Below are positions 24,231 through 40,392 of a stretch of 64,000 nucleotides of DNA, in pieces (the first letter of the stretch is position 1; each line of letters starts with the position of its first letter). The position numbers were made by a program, and so were the translations under genes. This DNA is from Chiloscyllium plagiosum (taxonomy: Eukaryota): assembly GCF_004010195.1 (NCBI RefSeq), contig NC_057719.1, forward strand, positions 77,036,702 through 77,100,701, written 5' to 3'. Under the pieces are notes generated by a model. The model was not told the DNA's origin. It worked only from the letters and a program-made list of their open reading frames with translations, and ran no database searches.

Positions 24231-26363
24231 ATTTACAATAATCAGTTTTTCTGATGACTTAGCTCATTGTCCCACATTAAACTCCCTCTTTCGTTATATT
24301 GCCTGCTCATGTATCCTCTGTCTTCAATTCTTTTCAGATCATTGGGCACAGTTTTAATGTTAAATAAATAGATTGGCAATGTTGTCCCATGTGTCCACCC
24401 CACAGCTTACTTTCCCACTTAGCTTTGTTGGTAAAGCTAGATATGGCTTGTGGGTCACTTCTATGCCATTAATATAAATTGTAAAAACCTGAAATCACAT
24501 CACTGATCCCTGTGGCACCTCTGACTGCTAACTTGTGTATTCCTATTCTCTGTTTTCTGTCCTTTAATGCATTTTCTATCAAACCGAAGATAACCTCCAA
24601 CTCAGTGAACCATTGTCTTGTAAAATACTCTACCTTTTTGGAAATCCAAATATACTGTATTCATTAGTCCCCTTTAATTGCCTATCTAATTCCACCTGGA
24701 AGAAGCTTTAACTCCGTTATCAAGCATATTTAATTGATGCGAATGATGTGCTCCTGTTTACTGCCTCTCCCATTTATCACTCTTGACCCTTCTGAACCTC
24801 CCAATTCACTGCTTCCCTCCCTGCTCTCCTGCTCATGAATCTCCTGTTTGCCAACTTCCATTTTGCCAACTTTCCTTCTTGCCAACCCTTCTCCTTGCAA
24901 CTTCCATTTGGTGCTCTTTTTCTCGCTTGCTTCTTTCTTCTCTCAAACCTTGGTTGCTCCTTCCTAAATCTTGCTGTGGGAAAGGGCTCTGGAGGGATGC
25001 TCTCCATAGAAGGCAGCAAGTGATAGTCGATGGGAAGGAGGGTCTGGGAGAGAGGCAAGGATGGGAGGGATAATAATCTAAATGTTTAGGAGAAAGGCTG
25101 CAAGCAAAAGATGTGGCATGTTGGGAGGTTGGAGAAGGAAAGAGTGAGCCTAAAATTATTTTTTGATGAAGACTCTAATTTGAAAATACAATTAGTACAT
25201 TTTAGAGAGTGTTGATTGCAGAAATGAAACTGTGCATTCACTTTAACTTTTGCTCAGAACAACCTGTCTAATTTAATCTTTATTGGACAATGAGGCCAAG
25301 TTAATTCACTGAAGGGTGGTTACTACTTTGAAAGGCAGTGCACAGAGGCAATGTTAATGCTGCAAAAATTGAATTTTTTGGAAAATCTCAGGAGGTTAGA
25401 CAGTGTCTGTGGTGAGAAATCAGAGTTCATGTTACAGATTCAGTGACCCTACTTTAGAACAATGCTAATGGCTCTGATTTACAAAACGTTTAGTGAATAA
25501 CTTGTGAAGCAGATAACTGGAGCATAAATAATAGGTAACCATTTGAGTTTGTTAGACCATAAGACATAGGAGATAAGCTATTCAGCCCATCAAGTCTGCA
25601 TTAAGGCTGAAATATTTCCTTCATGCGTACACTCAATCCCACAGCCTCAAAAGCTTTGGATTCACCATTAACTCCTGGTCATCATCTCAACCTTGACCAG
25701 ACTGCAAACTTGATTCCCTAAATTTTGCCTTTGATACCAATCATTCCCATTACAGGACTGCCCTTTTCTGCATCCATAAGGTCATTTTCCCATTTTACTT
25801 CATCTTCCACTGAGATTCTTATCCCTTCATTTGATATTTTAGACTCATGTATTTGATGGTCCCTTGGCTAACCACTCAATCATTGCTCTCCATAAACTTA
25901 AACTCATTGTCCTACTCATATCCACCCCTTTTGTCAACTACCTCTGTTCACACTGGCTGGCTCCCAACACAACCACTTTTCATCTTTTTGCTTAAAATAT
26001 CCAAGTGGTCTTGTCTCGTTAACTCTGCAAACCCCCTAAGCTTCTAATCCTTTTTTTAAACTGTCTTTTTCATCCACCTCCAGCCTCTTGTACACTTGCA
26101 TTTTTTTTACATTTCCGTCATGACTTACGATTTTTTCTTGTGTTAAATGTGTAACTTGAAAGCAAGTCAGAAATATTAACCTTGTCTCATTATTTTTACA
26201 GTTCAATAGATCTAAAGTTAGTTATAAAGTGTAAAGTATCATGTGATAATCCTGGTTAATGGGAATTGTAAAATTTTAATTCTTTATTACCATAATGTGA
26301 AAACAGTAGAATCTGATTCTAATGATATACTACAGGGATGTTGGGAGTTGTACAAACGTTTAA

Positions 26364-28148
<1,785 letters not shown>

Positions 28149-29758
28149 TAAACATTATTATTATTTACTTTATAAACAAATATTTTTAATATAAAGTGAT
28201 CTGTTTTTCCCAGCTTCACTTTGCTGTTAAGTTTCAGTTGAAATATTTTGCAGCATTAGGAAAATTAGTTCCACATTTACTTGGAAAAAGTATTCTTATT
28301 GAGTTGAGTGTCTCATGGAATGTGCACAGCTGACACCAGTACAGTAGTAACTGGCTGAATGCTGAGCTGAGTGTCTAACAGCTAGCTATGTTAAGGAGGT
28401 GGATAATTAACATTTAGAATGTAGTAATGCACTTCAAATTGATCAAATGCACTGATAGGATTACAGGTACTACAAAATACAATACATGCAGTCCCATAGT
28501 TTAGTCGAAATTCAAGCATTAGCATTTCATAGCAGGAATAAGTTTTTTCCTGGATAATCTTTCAGCTGAATATCTAATAACAACAGTTGTATAACATAAA
28601 TAGATCATGCTTCTTGCCTGACCTGACATAATAGCACTACTTTTGAAAGGTTAACATAGCTGTGTATAATGATGGTTTTGTCAAATAACTATGAAACTGA
28701 AGTTTTCCAATGCTCATCCTGGTAAAGTACAGTGCCTTAAATGGAACTGAGTGGGGAATGTTTTCTGCCCACAGTGCGGGAAGCAATGAATGCTAATTAA
28801 CTGCTCATAAATGGTAAATAGATCCTAATGATGCAAAGCAAGGAATTCTGAAAGAATACCGTTTTGCTATATGCTGAAGGAAATTGTGTTTATAGATTGT
28901 TGAATGATCAATTCTTTTGACAAGGAAGTGAAACTGACTTTAATACTCCTTCAGATGAGCTGGCCAGACTTCTTCATAGATACATAACTCTCAGTTTTTG
29001 GTTTTCTGCAGTCTGAATAATAGACACTAAATGGGGCATGTTAGGTTTGTGCTTGCATCAATGGGGAGATAAAACTGGAATATTTCTGAGCTTCCTTTTT
29101 TGGTACCTCCATGTAGCTAGTTGCTTAATATATTTATATTGTTTTTAAAAACGTTGTGTGCTTGGGAAGGATACGGTTGAATTTTCAGTTAAATCTTTTC
29201 ATCTCATTAGTTTCTGTTGACTTTCTCAAGCTATTCAATAGTTGGTAGCAGATGGGCTGTTAGAAATCTCCCATTGCCAAATTGTCCTGCCAATAACAGA
29301 TATGACTGAGCAGCTCTAGAATGCATTTCTAATTTCACCTTTTGTTCTGTGGAAATGTCCTTAGCCTTCATTTGGAACCACTTAGTAAGATTATGTGGGA
29401 GCATTGTGGTATTGCATGGCGCAGTTTTGAAAATTCACCCTGTATTTCGCAATGACGCTGACATGTTGACATTTTAGAGTTTGAGGAGGACTCCTTTAAT
29501 GCATTGGTTGGTGCATAATTAGTGAAAACCCCTTGAAAATCAGTTGCAAAATGGTGTAAGAATATTTTAAGGTGTGAATAATTATTATTTACAGATGTTA
29601 GCAATGGGTTCTGAGTGAGTTGGTATGCAGCACCTTTGCTATTTTAATGGAGGTGTCAAACTGTATTTTAATGCTTCATGAAAGTTGTCCCATTTCTGAG
29701 TATTTTTCTGAATTATGTACTTTCATTATGAGGTAATGACAAGGTAAAAATGTTTCAG

Positions 29759-29948
29759 TAAGAGGTCATTTTGCTGTAACACGATTGATGAAGTGAGGAC
29801 ACTTTCTAAAGTGCGAACTTTTGAAACGTGTTTCGTTGTAATGTGATTACATCACCAACACTTTAAGCGCTGTTTCTAAAGTGTGATTTTTCTATAATGC
29901 GGGATTGCACAAGAATGCGATCATCACATTGTAGACGAACTACCTGTA
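29759..29948. mobile_element. Possible pogo/Tigger-like MITE
   Basis: Imperfect terminal inverted repeats (agaggtcattttgctgtaac / attgtagacgaactacctg) flanked by TA. Confidence 0.4.
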
Positions 29949-30229
29949 CTTGGGACCCTGTGGATTAAATAATTTTAAACTTAGACTACATCCACCGAAT
30001 CAAAAATACTGTGACCACTAGCAAGCCTATTAATAATAAATTTGACTTTTAATCTTCGTTCAGCACTATCATTGACCTTACTGTTTCAGTGTGACTGGAA
30101 TTCAGTTTATCCCAAGTATATTAAGTATTTGTTTTGGTTCCTTATAATAATAAAACCTTGTGTTAATTAGCCAGCTAGTTTGAAGTATCAAATGTCGCAT
30201 AATTAGCATCTTGCATCTAGGTCACCAAA

Positions 30230-30890
30230 TTTTGGGTCCCAACTTCCACTTTAGGGCTTGGGCACAAAATCAAAGTAGGCACTCTAGTGTAATACTAAGA
30301 GAATGCTGCACTGTTGATAGTGCCATATGATTAGACTCTTTACAGTGTGGAAACAGGCCTTTCGGCCCAACAAGTCCACAGATTCCCTCCGAAGAGTAAC
30401 CCATGCAGACCTTGACTAACGTACCTCACACTATGGGCAACTTAGCATAGCCAATTCACCTGACCTGCACATCTTTGGATTGTGGGAGGAAACCGGAGCA
30501 CCCGGAGGAAACCCACGCAGACACTGGGAGAATGCCTCTGTGGAGTTTGCACGGTCGCCCAAGGCAGGAATCGAACCCGGGTCCCTGGCGCTGTGAGGCA
30601 GCAGTGCTAACCACTGAGCCACAGTGCCGCCCATTTTAGATGAGACGTTAAACTGAAGCCGCCTTGGGTGAATACAAAAGATCCCAGTATGCCAGTAATT
30701 ATCCTGCAGTCAACAATCATTTAAAAAGAAATTCCGATCATTATCACGTTGAGTGTTCACTGCGTATAAATTGAGTTCTACATTTCTTACATTACTATAG
30801 TGCCTACGTGACAAAGATACTTTGTTAGCCTTAAAATGCTGTTATAAATCTGGCAGTTATGAAAGCCCTGTGTAAATACAAGTCGTCTTG
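30230..30890 (+). mobile_element. Deu-domain SINE (AmnSINE1/SacSINE1-like) interrupted by an HE1 SINE
   Basis: ...gaatgctgcactgttgatagtgcca[insert]ttttagatgagacgttaaactgaagcc...aaaagatccca resembles the Deu core as recalled. Confidence 0.7.
30330..30633 (-). mobile_element. HE1-type SINE
   Basis: Minus-strand head gggcggcactgtggctcagtggttagcactgctgcctcacagcgccagggacccgggttcgattcc. Confidence 0.92.
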
Positions 30891-31697
30891 CTTTCTCTGA
30901 ACTTTTGTCAAATTTGGTCTAATCGAACAGCTACCCAACTATACCCATATGCAGTATTTATTTATTTGCCACCCTAAAAGCCCACAGATTATTTAGAAAT
31001 TCCTGACTCAGATTTTCAGTACAGAGCTGTACATAATTCTATGGAAAAGTGCTAACACGAGTTAGCAAATTTCCATCTTTAAACAGTTGAAATCTTTAAT
31101 CTCTCTCTGTAGGTAATGTCACAGTGGCATTCAATATTTAAGTAATTCAGAATTTAGTGTGGCTTGATGAGTGAGAGATTTATTGAGGATTTGCTTTGTA
31201 TTTCTACTTTCTTGTTCGCCCATTGTTTGGTTCTGCCCTATCATTCTGCTTTATTCATTTTGCCCTTCCTGCCAGTACCCAGCCCTCATCTAGTGGTCTC
31301 ATTTTCCAACCATCTGGCTCTTCTGTTTTGATTGGAATCTGAGAACTTCGTACTTTTGAGATGCCTGCTTGTTTCTGTTTTTCCAGTTACAGATAGTTAT
31401 ATATTAGCTTAAGCGACTTCATATATATGAAAACTAATGAGTCTCATTACCTTGTTTTTATGCCAGGGACTTTGGATAACTTGCACTTGGAGCTTTGTCA
31501 GAGTCCATGGGTCTCAGGAACCTTAGTCTGATATTGTGAGTCTACTACCCTGATCTCTCAAACCTGGCCAGTGGGTGAAAGTCCAATGAATGGGAGAAAC
31601 TCCCTGATATTAATAGTATTTTGGTTATGTGCTGCATTACCATTTTGTAGTACTTTCACTGCTTTCAGTACTTTCCCAGACTTTCCATTGTGCAAAA

Positions 31698-32010
31698 GAT
31701 TAGATTACCTACAGTGTGGAAACAGGCCCTTCGGCCCAACAAGTCCACACCGACCCGCCAAAGCGCAATCCACCCAGACCCATTCCCCCACACTTACCCT
31801 TCATCTGACACTACGGGCAATTTAACATGGCCATTTCACCTAACCTGCACATTTTTGGATTATGGGAGGAAACCGGAGCACCCGGAGGAAACCCACGCAG
31901 TCACGGGGAGAATGTGCAAACTCCACACACAGTCGCCTGAGGCGGGAATTGAACCCGGGTCTCTGGCACTGTGAGGCAGCAGTGCTAACCACTGTGCCAC
32001 CGTGCCGCCC
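31698..32010 (-). mobile_element. HE1-type SINE, young
   Basis: Near-identical to 23173-23500. Confidence 0.92.
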
Positions 32011-32596
32011 AGATAAGTTGAAAACATCCCTAGGTAGCTCTGTGTTAACTACATTAAAAAATAGCTCATACAGGCAATCATGTTAATGCAGTTACCTCCC
32101 AGGATGTCTTTCATTTTTTTTTCATTTTGCTTCAATTGCTCATTGTCATGTTGAATTAACCCTTAACCATTAGTCCTTAATGGTCTGGTTTGGAGGTTTT
32201 TGTGTTTTAAGCCTAGCACTACACATATATATTGAATGTATATATTGTTCAATAACTGCAAGTTGATTATATATGTGATACAGTTTGCGGGCTTTTATAC
32301 AGGTACATAAAAACAAGAAACAAAACAAGAATACAATTGAATGCCACAAAAAAAGAGAGTAATGCTGAAGCTTTAAGTGACCATTCCTCAAATATGTCCC
32401 GGTAGTGATATAATGGAAGGCTTCCTAAATTGTCTGCTATGCAAATCAGTCGATTATAGCTGTATGTCATGGTAGTTTCTGGCCGTAAGAGGTCATAGTA
32501 TACTGTTGCCAGATAAGATGTTGTACAAGGAAAGCTCACAATTTCTTAAATGTCACATGCTAAGGAACCCCGCTTAATGGATTGACGGTGTGATAC

Positions 32597-33340
32597 AGTC
32601 ATAGTCATAGATGTACAGCATGGAAACTCGTCCATCCTAACCTAATCTAGTCCCACTTGCCAGCACTTGACCTATATCCCTCCAAACCCTCCTTATTTAT
32701 TTAATTGCCTTTTAAATGCTGTAATTGTACCAGCCTCCTCCGCTTCCTCTGACACCTCATTCCATACATGCACCATCCTCTGTGTGAAAATGTCCCTTAG
32801 GTCCCTTTTAAATCTTTGCCCTCTCATCCTAAACCTATGCCCTCTAATTCTGGACTCCCACATTCCAGGGAAAAGACCCTGTCTGTTTATCCTATCCTAC
32901 CCCTCACAATTTTATAAACCTCCATAAGGTCACCCCTCAGCCTCCGATGTGCCAGGGATAACAGCCCCAACCTATAGCTCAAACCCACCAACCCTGGCAA
33001 CATTCTTGTAAATCTTTTCTGAACCTTTTCAAGTTTCATAACATCCTTCTGATAGGAAGGAGACGGGCATTGCATGCAATATTCCAACAGTGGCCTAACC
33101 AATGTCCTGTACAGCTGCAATGTGACCTCCCAACTCCTATACTCAATGCTCTGACCAATAAAGGAAAGCATAACAAACATCACCTTCACTATCCTATCTA
33201 CCTGTGACTCTACTTTCAAGGAGCTATGAACCTGCACTCCAAGATCACTTTGTTCAGCAACCCTCCCCAGGACCTTACCATTAAATGTATCAGTCCTGCT
33301 CTGATTTGCTTTTCCAAAAGTAACTCCTCGCATTTATTTA
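32597..33340 (-). mobile_element. CR1/HER1 LINE 3' fragment
   Basis: ORF remnant DLGVQVHSSLKV...LYRTLVRPLLEYC...LEKVQKRFTRMLPGL...RRLRGDL. Confidence 0.9.
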
Positions 33341-34076
33341 AATATCTTTGAGTTTTTTTCCAAATGCATTATATATAAAACATAAATTTTGTCCTTATGT
33401 TAGTTGGCAGTGGTTTCCCCAGTCAAATTAGGTAGTAAGAGTTCTGGTAATACATATAGTTAGGGCCAGTTTCTTGAATGATGATATCATTGAGTGGTAA
33501 CTTCTGCATATGCCAGTACACCTGCTATTTTGCAATGGATTTTGGTTCAAAGGTATGGGTATGTATGGAATTGGCATATTAGGCCTTTTGGCCATTGTTC
33601 TTAATATGCAATCATTTGCCATAAAACCCAGGTGTTCACTGCATAAACCCAAGCAGACTGGGTAAGATGATAAACTGGCATTGTATTTGCTGCTGTGTAC
33701 TGTTGAAAATCAAAAAGGTAGTATTACATACTATGACATTGCAGTTAGTCTTTAACAAATCAAGCTTACATGCTAAATTAGTATGTGAGGTAAAGTAATC
33801 ATTTCCAGGACAACAGATGTCTGGATAACAATGAAGTGGTTAGTGCATGTCATTGTGTCAAACTAAAAAGCTCAAACAAATTCAAGTATTTTTGACTTTC
33901 AGATCCATCTGTGTGTGGTATGTTTCCCACAGAATGTTATTATCAAACTTCCAAACCATGCTGGGATTAAACTAATTTGCTAAATCCCTACATAGTAATA
34001 ATTTGGTCCAAACAGCAGATACTTTATAAGCCTCCCAAGTTAGTTGTACAACGTTAGTTGTCTTATTTTGTAGGAT

Positions 34077-34223
34077 GTGTTGCTGGAAAAGCACAACAGG
34101 TCAGGCAGCATCCAAGGAGCAGGAGAATCGATCGACATTTCGGGCATAAGTCCAGCAACACATTTTTCAGCACTGTGCTTTTCCAGCAGCACGTTTTTCA
34201 GCATCTGCAGTCCTCACTTTCTC
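34077..34223. mobile_element. Family A fold-back insertion
   Basis: 15-bp TSD cttattttgtaggat (34062-34076 and 34224-34238); left part is minus, right part plus. Confidence 0.85.
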
Positions 34224-34847
34224 CTTATTTTGTAGGATTTCAACATCCATAGAATTTTAACACACCTATTCCTGCTTTCAATAAACATTTCATTTCGTGT
34301 TATCTTCTGCTTACACTTCTTGGGGTTCCCTTACTCCTGAGTCTTAGCTTAGCCTTCTTTCATTCATTAACTGTCCTAACACCTTACAATTTTACCCACT
34401 GGTTTGAATGCTGGAATACATGTACGTACAGCCACTGAAGATGGGGTAACTGTATATCATTTGATGGGCTGTCCACTCAGCCATAATTCCTGTCAGAGTC
34501 CACATCCCTTTATCTCTTAACAATTTTGATCTAATAGCCAAATATCCTTTTAAGTTTACCTCCTTTTCACGAATACCAATTCCATTGTTTTAAAGTCATT
34601 TTTTCTATGAATTATGTGTCAGTTCCCTACTATTTAAACTACTTGTGCTCTTCCAGACCACAATAACCATTTTGTCAAGTAGGTGTACATGTCTGAGACC
34701 TATTCTTCAGTGGATTTTCACCATGTATTCTTTCATGTTTGTTACTTCAGATGTAACAACCACTTTGCACTTTTACATCAATATCTCAGGATCATGCCCT
34801 GCATTCGTTATTAGCCAATTTTCAAAAGAGCAGAAGTTGGTTGAGGA

Positions 34848-35067
34848 TGAAATAATTCCACAGAGGCCAATAGCCTGTCACTAAGTCACCCTTTAATTAC
34901 ATGTGGCGAGTCCTTGACACTGAGCCAGCTCCCTTAGCCAGCTCTCAAAGTGACGAGAACCTCTCACATTCCTGTTTATATCTGTCAGTCAGAGCTCCAT
35001 GATTGGGTCTATTAATCTGGTCCATATTCTATGTGATCCACCTGGCTGATTTCATTATAACATTACA
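34848..35067 (-). mobile_element. Probable solo LTR
   Basis: TG...CA termini, flanks gagga / aagga (4 of 5 match); homologous to 2799-3022. Confidence 0.6.
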
Positions 35068-36189
35068 AAGGATGCCTGTGTATCCTTTTTGCTTGGTTCC
35101 AGTTTTCCAGGTGATGGTCAAATCAGCCAATAAAAAAAAACTCATTGGCAAAGTCATGCATATCCCTAAGAGAACGCTGTTAATGATCTCATTCTGTCTA
35201 CACTTTAATTTAATTAAATGTATTCCATTTAACTACACCCAATGTGAATCACCCCATTTCCATTTATGCTGTGTCACTTTTTCTCTGTCAGAATTCTTTT
35301 ATTCTAAGTGTGGCCCTCATTAGTTATCCTTATAACTGATTCTGGAACACTTTTTCAAATATCTCACTAGATTATACTCTGCTTTCCTTCATGCAAAATT
35401 GTTCAAAATTAACAACAGATTCCAAGTTTTCTTTTATATACAATCTCAGCAGTTGTTGGTTTAACAGGTTTCATTAATGAACAGTTAATTTCTTCCCAGG
35501 TAATCTATACCATTTTATTATGATACATATTAAAACCACCTAGACCTTTTCTGTTGGCTCTTGTTGTAAACTAAAATTTGAAGATATGCATTCATTTGCC
35601 CTTCAAAATTCCAATCAATTCCATCAATTGCATGCTTGAACTAGCAACTTGTACCAAGTAATGTTATCAATCCCAGTTTTGGAAAGAGCTATGTCCTGAC
35701 TTGGTGGTTTTAAATAGTGCTGATATGTTAAAGATTCAAGTGATTGTAGTCTGTCAGGGTACTCCTGTTTCCAAAGACTTTGTCTTTGCAAGACTTCTAG
35801 CTCCCTTGTGTGTTTTTGAAACCTGTTTTTAAAAAAAAACAAAATTCACTTTAACTCTGAGGGAAACCCGGTGAGTTAATAATGTTCAGACAACACATCT
35901 GACCCCGTGCTCCCCAGAAGATGCATGAGAAGAGTTAAAACTGTCTGCAGCAAGAGTTGACTCTCCTGGTTTCAGAAGAGGCAGTGTCCACGTCACCAGG
36001 TAATGTCATGTTGTAACTTCATGTATTTAGTTTCACAAAGCAGTCAAAAATGTTCTGATAATGTCAAAACATTTCTATTGTTTTGAAGAAAATGTTTCTT
36101 CAAGAAGAACAGAATGTAAAGCAAATCCTGGGCTCGGACTATCCTGAATACGCCATGAGTTGTGGCTCTATTTTGATATTCAACAATAA

Positions 36190-36920
36190 ATGGTGTTCCT
36201 TTCCAGTTGGGGATTCTAAAGTTATTATGCCACGTATTTGCTGCTCATGTCCCTCTCGCTTGTAGAGGCTGTGGGTTTGAAAGGTGCTGTCTAAGGAGCC
36301 TTGAATTGTTGCAGTGCATCTTGTAGATTATAGTCACTGGCAGCAGTTAAAAATGTGAAATGGGATACCAGTCAAGCAGACTGTTTTGTTTGTTTTATCC
36401 TGCTGGTTTGAGGTTCTTGAATATTGTTGGTGCTGCACTAGAGCAGGCAAGTGGGGAATATTCCATCATACTCCCTTGTGGATAGTGTATAGGTTTTGGG
36501 GAGTCAGGTGAGTAACTTGATGCAGGATTCATAGCATCTGACCTGCTATTGCAGCTACAGTGCATAGATATCTAGTCCTATTCAGTTTCTAGTCAATTGT
36601 ATCTCCCAAGGCAGTGTTAATGGTGGAAATCAGTGATAGTAATGCTATTGATTGTCAAGAGTAAATGGATGGACTCTTTGTAGTTGAGGATAGTTATTGC
36701 TTGGCATTTGTATGGCATGATTGTTACTTGGCCACTTATCTGGCCAAGCTAGAGTATTGTTGAGGTCTTGCCGCAGTTGGAGATGGACTATTTCAATATC
36801 TGAGGAGTCATGAATAGTACTGAAAATTGCACAATCATCAACAAACATCCCAATTCTGACACCAGATGGAGGATGGCCATTGAAACAGCTGAAGATGGTT
36901 GGGACCAGGACTTTACCTTG
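36190..36920 (-). mobile_element. Second CR1-like LINE family fragment
   Basis: MFVDDCAIFSTIHDSSD...LRQDLNNTLAWPDKW (FADD motif), homologous to 20110-20900. Confidence 0.75.
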
Positions 36921-37384
36921 ACAAACCTGAGTGGCTTCTGTGTTGCAGTGCTGGTGTCCTTAGTAGTGTCCAGGACTGGGTTCAAGTTTCACCTGCACTA
37001 GAGGTTGGTTAGGAAAAATCTGAAGGCTTTTGCAATCTGTTTGCAAGTACCCTGAGGACTCTCTGCTGAGTCTCCTAGCTAAGTATTGATTTACCTCCAA
37101 CAACGACAACTATCTTCCTTTTGTGCTGGAAATGACATCAATCAGGCATGCCACTTCCCCCAAAATCACAGTGACAAAGAGTGACATAGTTACTGAGAAT
37201 GAGAAGGGTAATGCTAGAGCGTAATCCTGTACTTTATACTTTATAATCAGTTTGCTAAGAGATGTTACTGCACATCTCTGGAGTAGGTGGGTCCTGAACC
37301 TTACTTTTTTGCTTAGAGACAAAGACCCTACCACTGTGCCACAACAGCCCTTAACTTGGGATGCTTTTTTTTAAATCTAGAGGA

Positions 37385-38005
37385 CCACTGGGCTGAGAAG
37401 TGGCAAATGGAGTTTAATTCAGGTAAATGCAAAGTGCTGCATTTTGGGAAAGCAAATCTTAGAATATTGCGTGCAATTCTGGTCTCCTTCCTATCGGAAA
37501 GATGTTGTGAAACTTGAAAGGATTCGGAAAAGATTTACAAGGATGTTGCCAAGGTTGGAGGATTTGGGCTACAGGGAGAGGCTGAACAGGCTGGGGCTGT
37601 TTTCCCTGGAGTGTCAGAGGCTGAGGGGTGACCTTAGAGGTTTACAAAATTATGAGGGGCATGGATAGGGTAAATTGGCAAAGTCCTTTCCCTGGGGTCA
37701 GGAAGTCCAGAACTAGAGGGCATAGGTTTAGGATGAGACGGGAAAGATATAAAAGAGACCTAAGGGGCAACTTTTTCACGCAGAGGGTGGTACCTGTATG
37801 GAATGAGCTGCCAGAGGATGTGGTGGAGGCTGGTACAGTTGCAACATTTAAAAGGCATTTGCATGAGTATGTGAATAGGAAGGACTTGGAGGGATATGGG
37901 CCAGGTGCTGGCAGGTGGGACTAGATTGGGTTGGGATATCTGGTCGGCATGTACAGGGTTGGACCAAAGAGTCTGTTTCTGTGCTGTACGTCTCTATGAC
38001 TCTAT
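37385..38005 (+). mobile_element. CR1/HER1 LINE 3' fragment
   Basis: LEYCVQFWSPSYRKDVVKLERIRKRFTRMLP...FFTQRVVPVWNELPEDVVEAG; tail ctctatgactcta. Confidence 0.92.
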
Positions 38006-38894
38006 AAGTGTTATCTCACGCAACTGAATAACTTTCTCTCTACCAAATCATTGTGACTTTATTTTTGTTTTTAACTGTTAGCCACTACTAGCAATCACCC
38101 ATTCAGCCAATTAGAAGTTTACATGCAAAGACTATTATGAGCCGTACGAATGGGTATGCATTTTGTTTTACACTGAGCAAATTTCCATGAACAGATATAA
38201 CAACTCAACAAAAATATTTGGCGCTATATATTTATGCAGAATTCTTATTTTATATGTAACCTTTGAAACTATACGATTCGCGTAGTTTTACAATGAGAGC
38301 TAAACCAGCTTATCATTTATCACTGAAGTTTTCAACCAGTCTGCTGATTTTATCAGCTTTGTCTGTTGAACATTAGCAGGTTATTGTTGTGTTAGGTAAC
38401 AGTAAATCAGGCCAGATAAGTTACCACCTTGTGATTCTTGCAGTTCTTGGAGGAATTGCAGGGAAGTTGGTATATATAAACGTTGATAATGCTTTTGAGA
38501 AATGACATAAACAGAAGAATGTTGGAGCAAATGATGTGGTGTTAGGAAGTAGAATTTCCTTGATGTGAACTTGAGTTCAAAATTTGTTGGAATGGAGAAA
38601 ATCGTAATAGTTAATGAAGGTTTCTGTACTTGGAAATGGATGGTGATCATGTTTTGGGACCAGTTCAGTGAACTCTGGGTAACAGTCATTTCAATATTTG
38701 GAATTATTTACAGATGATAACAGATTTGAAAACTTAGTAAATAATCCAAAAATCAAAGAAAGCCACAAGGAGATACTGGGAAAGTAGTGACAGTGAAAAT
38801 TCAGTACTGTCCCTACTGTGTACTACATATTGTCACCTATATCTTGGACATCTGTATGGAGAAAGTGTTGCAACCTATTTTCCATAACCATAAT

Positions 38895-39112
38895 AAAGGT
38901 AAAGTTGCCATAGTCCTACCAAACTATTCTCTCATTAAAGAGAGACAACTGGTGGTGGTTTAACTTGAGGGTCACTATGCCTGAGACGAGGAGAAAGGTT
39001 GAGAAGGTGAGTCCTTCATGGTTACCTCAGTCAGTATGGAATTGAACCACACTGTTGACATCACTCTGCATTGCAAACCAGCTGCCTTGTCAACTAAGTT
39101 AACTGACCCCCA
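38895..39112 (-). mobile_element. tRNA-derived SINE (family unassigned)
   Basis: Minus strand starts ggggtcagttaacttagttg, has B-box-like ggttcaattcc, and ends ggactatggcaactttaccttt. Confidence 0.55.
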
Positions 39113-40249
39113 CAAATAGCCTTAGACATTAATTACAAAGTCACACAAACCGTATTCAGCTAACCGTAACCATCAAAATGTGGTTATTCCCTCTACCATC
39201 CCATGATTTGTGGAACACCCATCACTGTTACAGTCTCTTCTTTCTGGTTTGCTGTGTTATTCAGCTTTGGTTTGGTGCCACAGACTTGTCATACTGCATG
39301 TGGAAGATGGTTCCAGTGGTCTCCTGTACCATCTACCTGTCTGGTGGTAATGTGTTCTGTTGTTCTACAATCTTTTCCTGCAGTGCAGAGGTAGAAGTAG
39401 ACGTAAACAGGCTGTTACATGATGATTATTGTACATGATCATTACTTTTCATTCCTTGTGACCCTCTATTCCTTATCCTGCTAGTTCTATGAACAACTGA
39501 AATATTGGCTCAGATTTTGCAGTAGTGAAGAGTGGAATAATTTCTGCATTTACAGTCTTCTGGAATGCATGTATCTGGAATTGAACAGGAAACATGCAGT
39601 TTGATCATACACTTCAGAGGGTGATTTGTTTTAGTTCCTCAAAGAATTAATGAGAACCTCCATTGTTTCACTATTGATAAAAATCCTTGCAGAGTCAGTG
39701 CCTTTTTAAATAAGAATACTTCACTGCTTTTGGCTGCTTATCTGATTTGGTGACTTCACTGTGTATTGGGAAATCTCCTTGACTTGCTGCCAGGTTCAGA
39801 CTGATGTCAGGAGAAGGGAAATCCACAGCATAGAGATTGTTAGGCTTTTACAGGGAACTTTCTTCAAGGTCCATGACAGGTGCCATTACTTCATCCCTCA
39901 ACACACAATTATTGTTTGAATGTATTTGACTCCTCTGTCAAACGTGCTTTTGCCTTGTCAACCTTTTCTGCTCGGGTACTCAGCAGGAAAATCTGCCTCT
40001 GTTTGAATTGTAACTGAAACCACTGCTTATGTAAAACAATAGAAAAATATTTCACAATATTGCTTTTGATGCTCCAGATTGCTGATGCTGCCTGAGTTAC
40101 TGAGAAAAATATTTTCTTTTTGTTACAACCATCTTTCCCCCTCTCTGTCTCCTCATTCAATTCTCAATAGTCATTATGTCTGGAAGAAATTGAAATTCAG
40201 AGGGGATATATAATTATCATGATTAATATATAAACTCAATATGGGTAGC

Positions 40250-40392
40250 AGCATCTAAGGAGAGAAAGCAGAGTTAAGGTTTTAAATTCAGTGACCAATT
40301 CTGAAAAAGGGCCGATACATTTCATTAACTCTGCTTTCTCTGCACAGATGCTGCCAAACCTGCTGAGTTTCTCCAGCAACTTCTGTTTTAGT
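40250..40392. mobile_element. Old fold-back relative of family A
   Basis: agagaaagcagagttaa ... ttaactctgctttctct inverted pair, followed by cacagatgctgccaaacctgctgagtttctccagca. Related relics lie near 4265-4360, 6560-6625 and 25360-25460. Confidence 0.55.
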
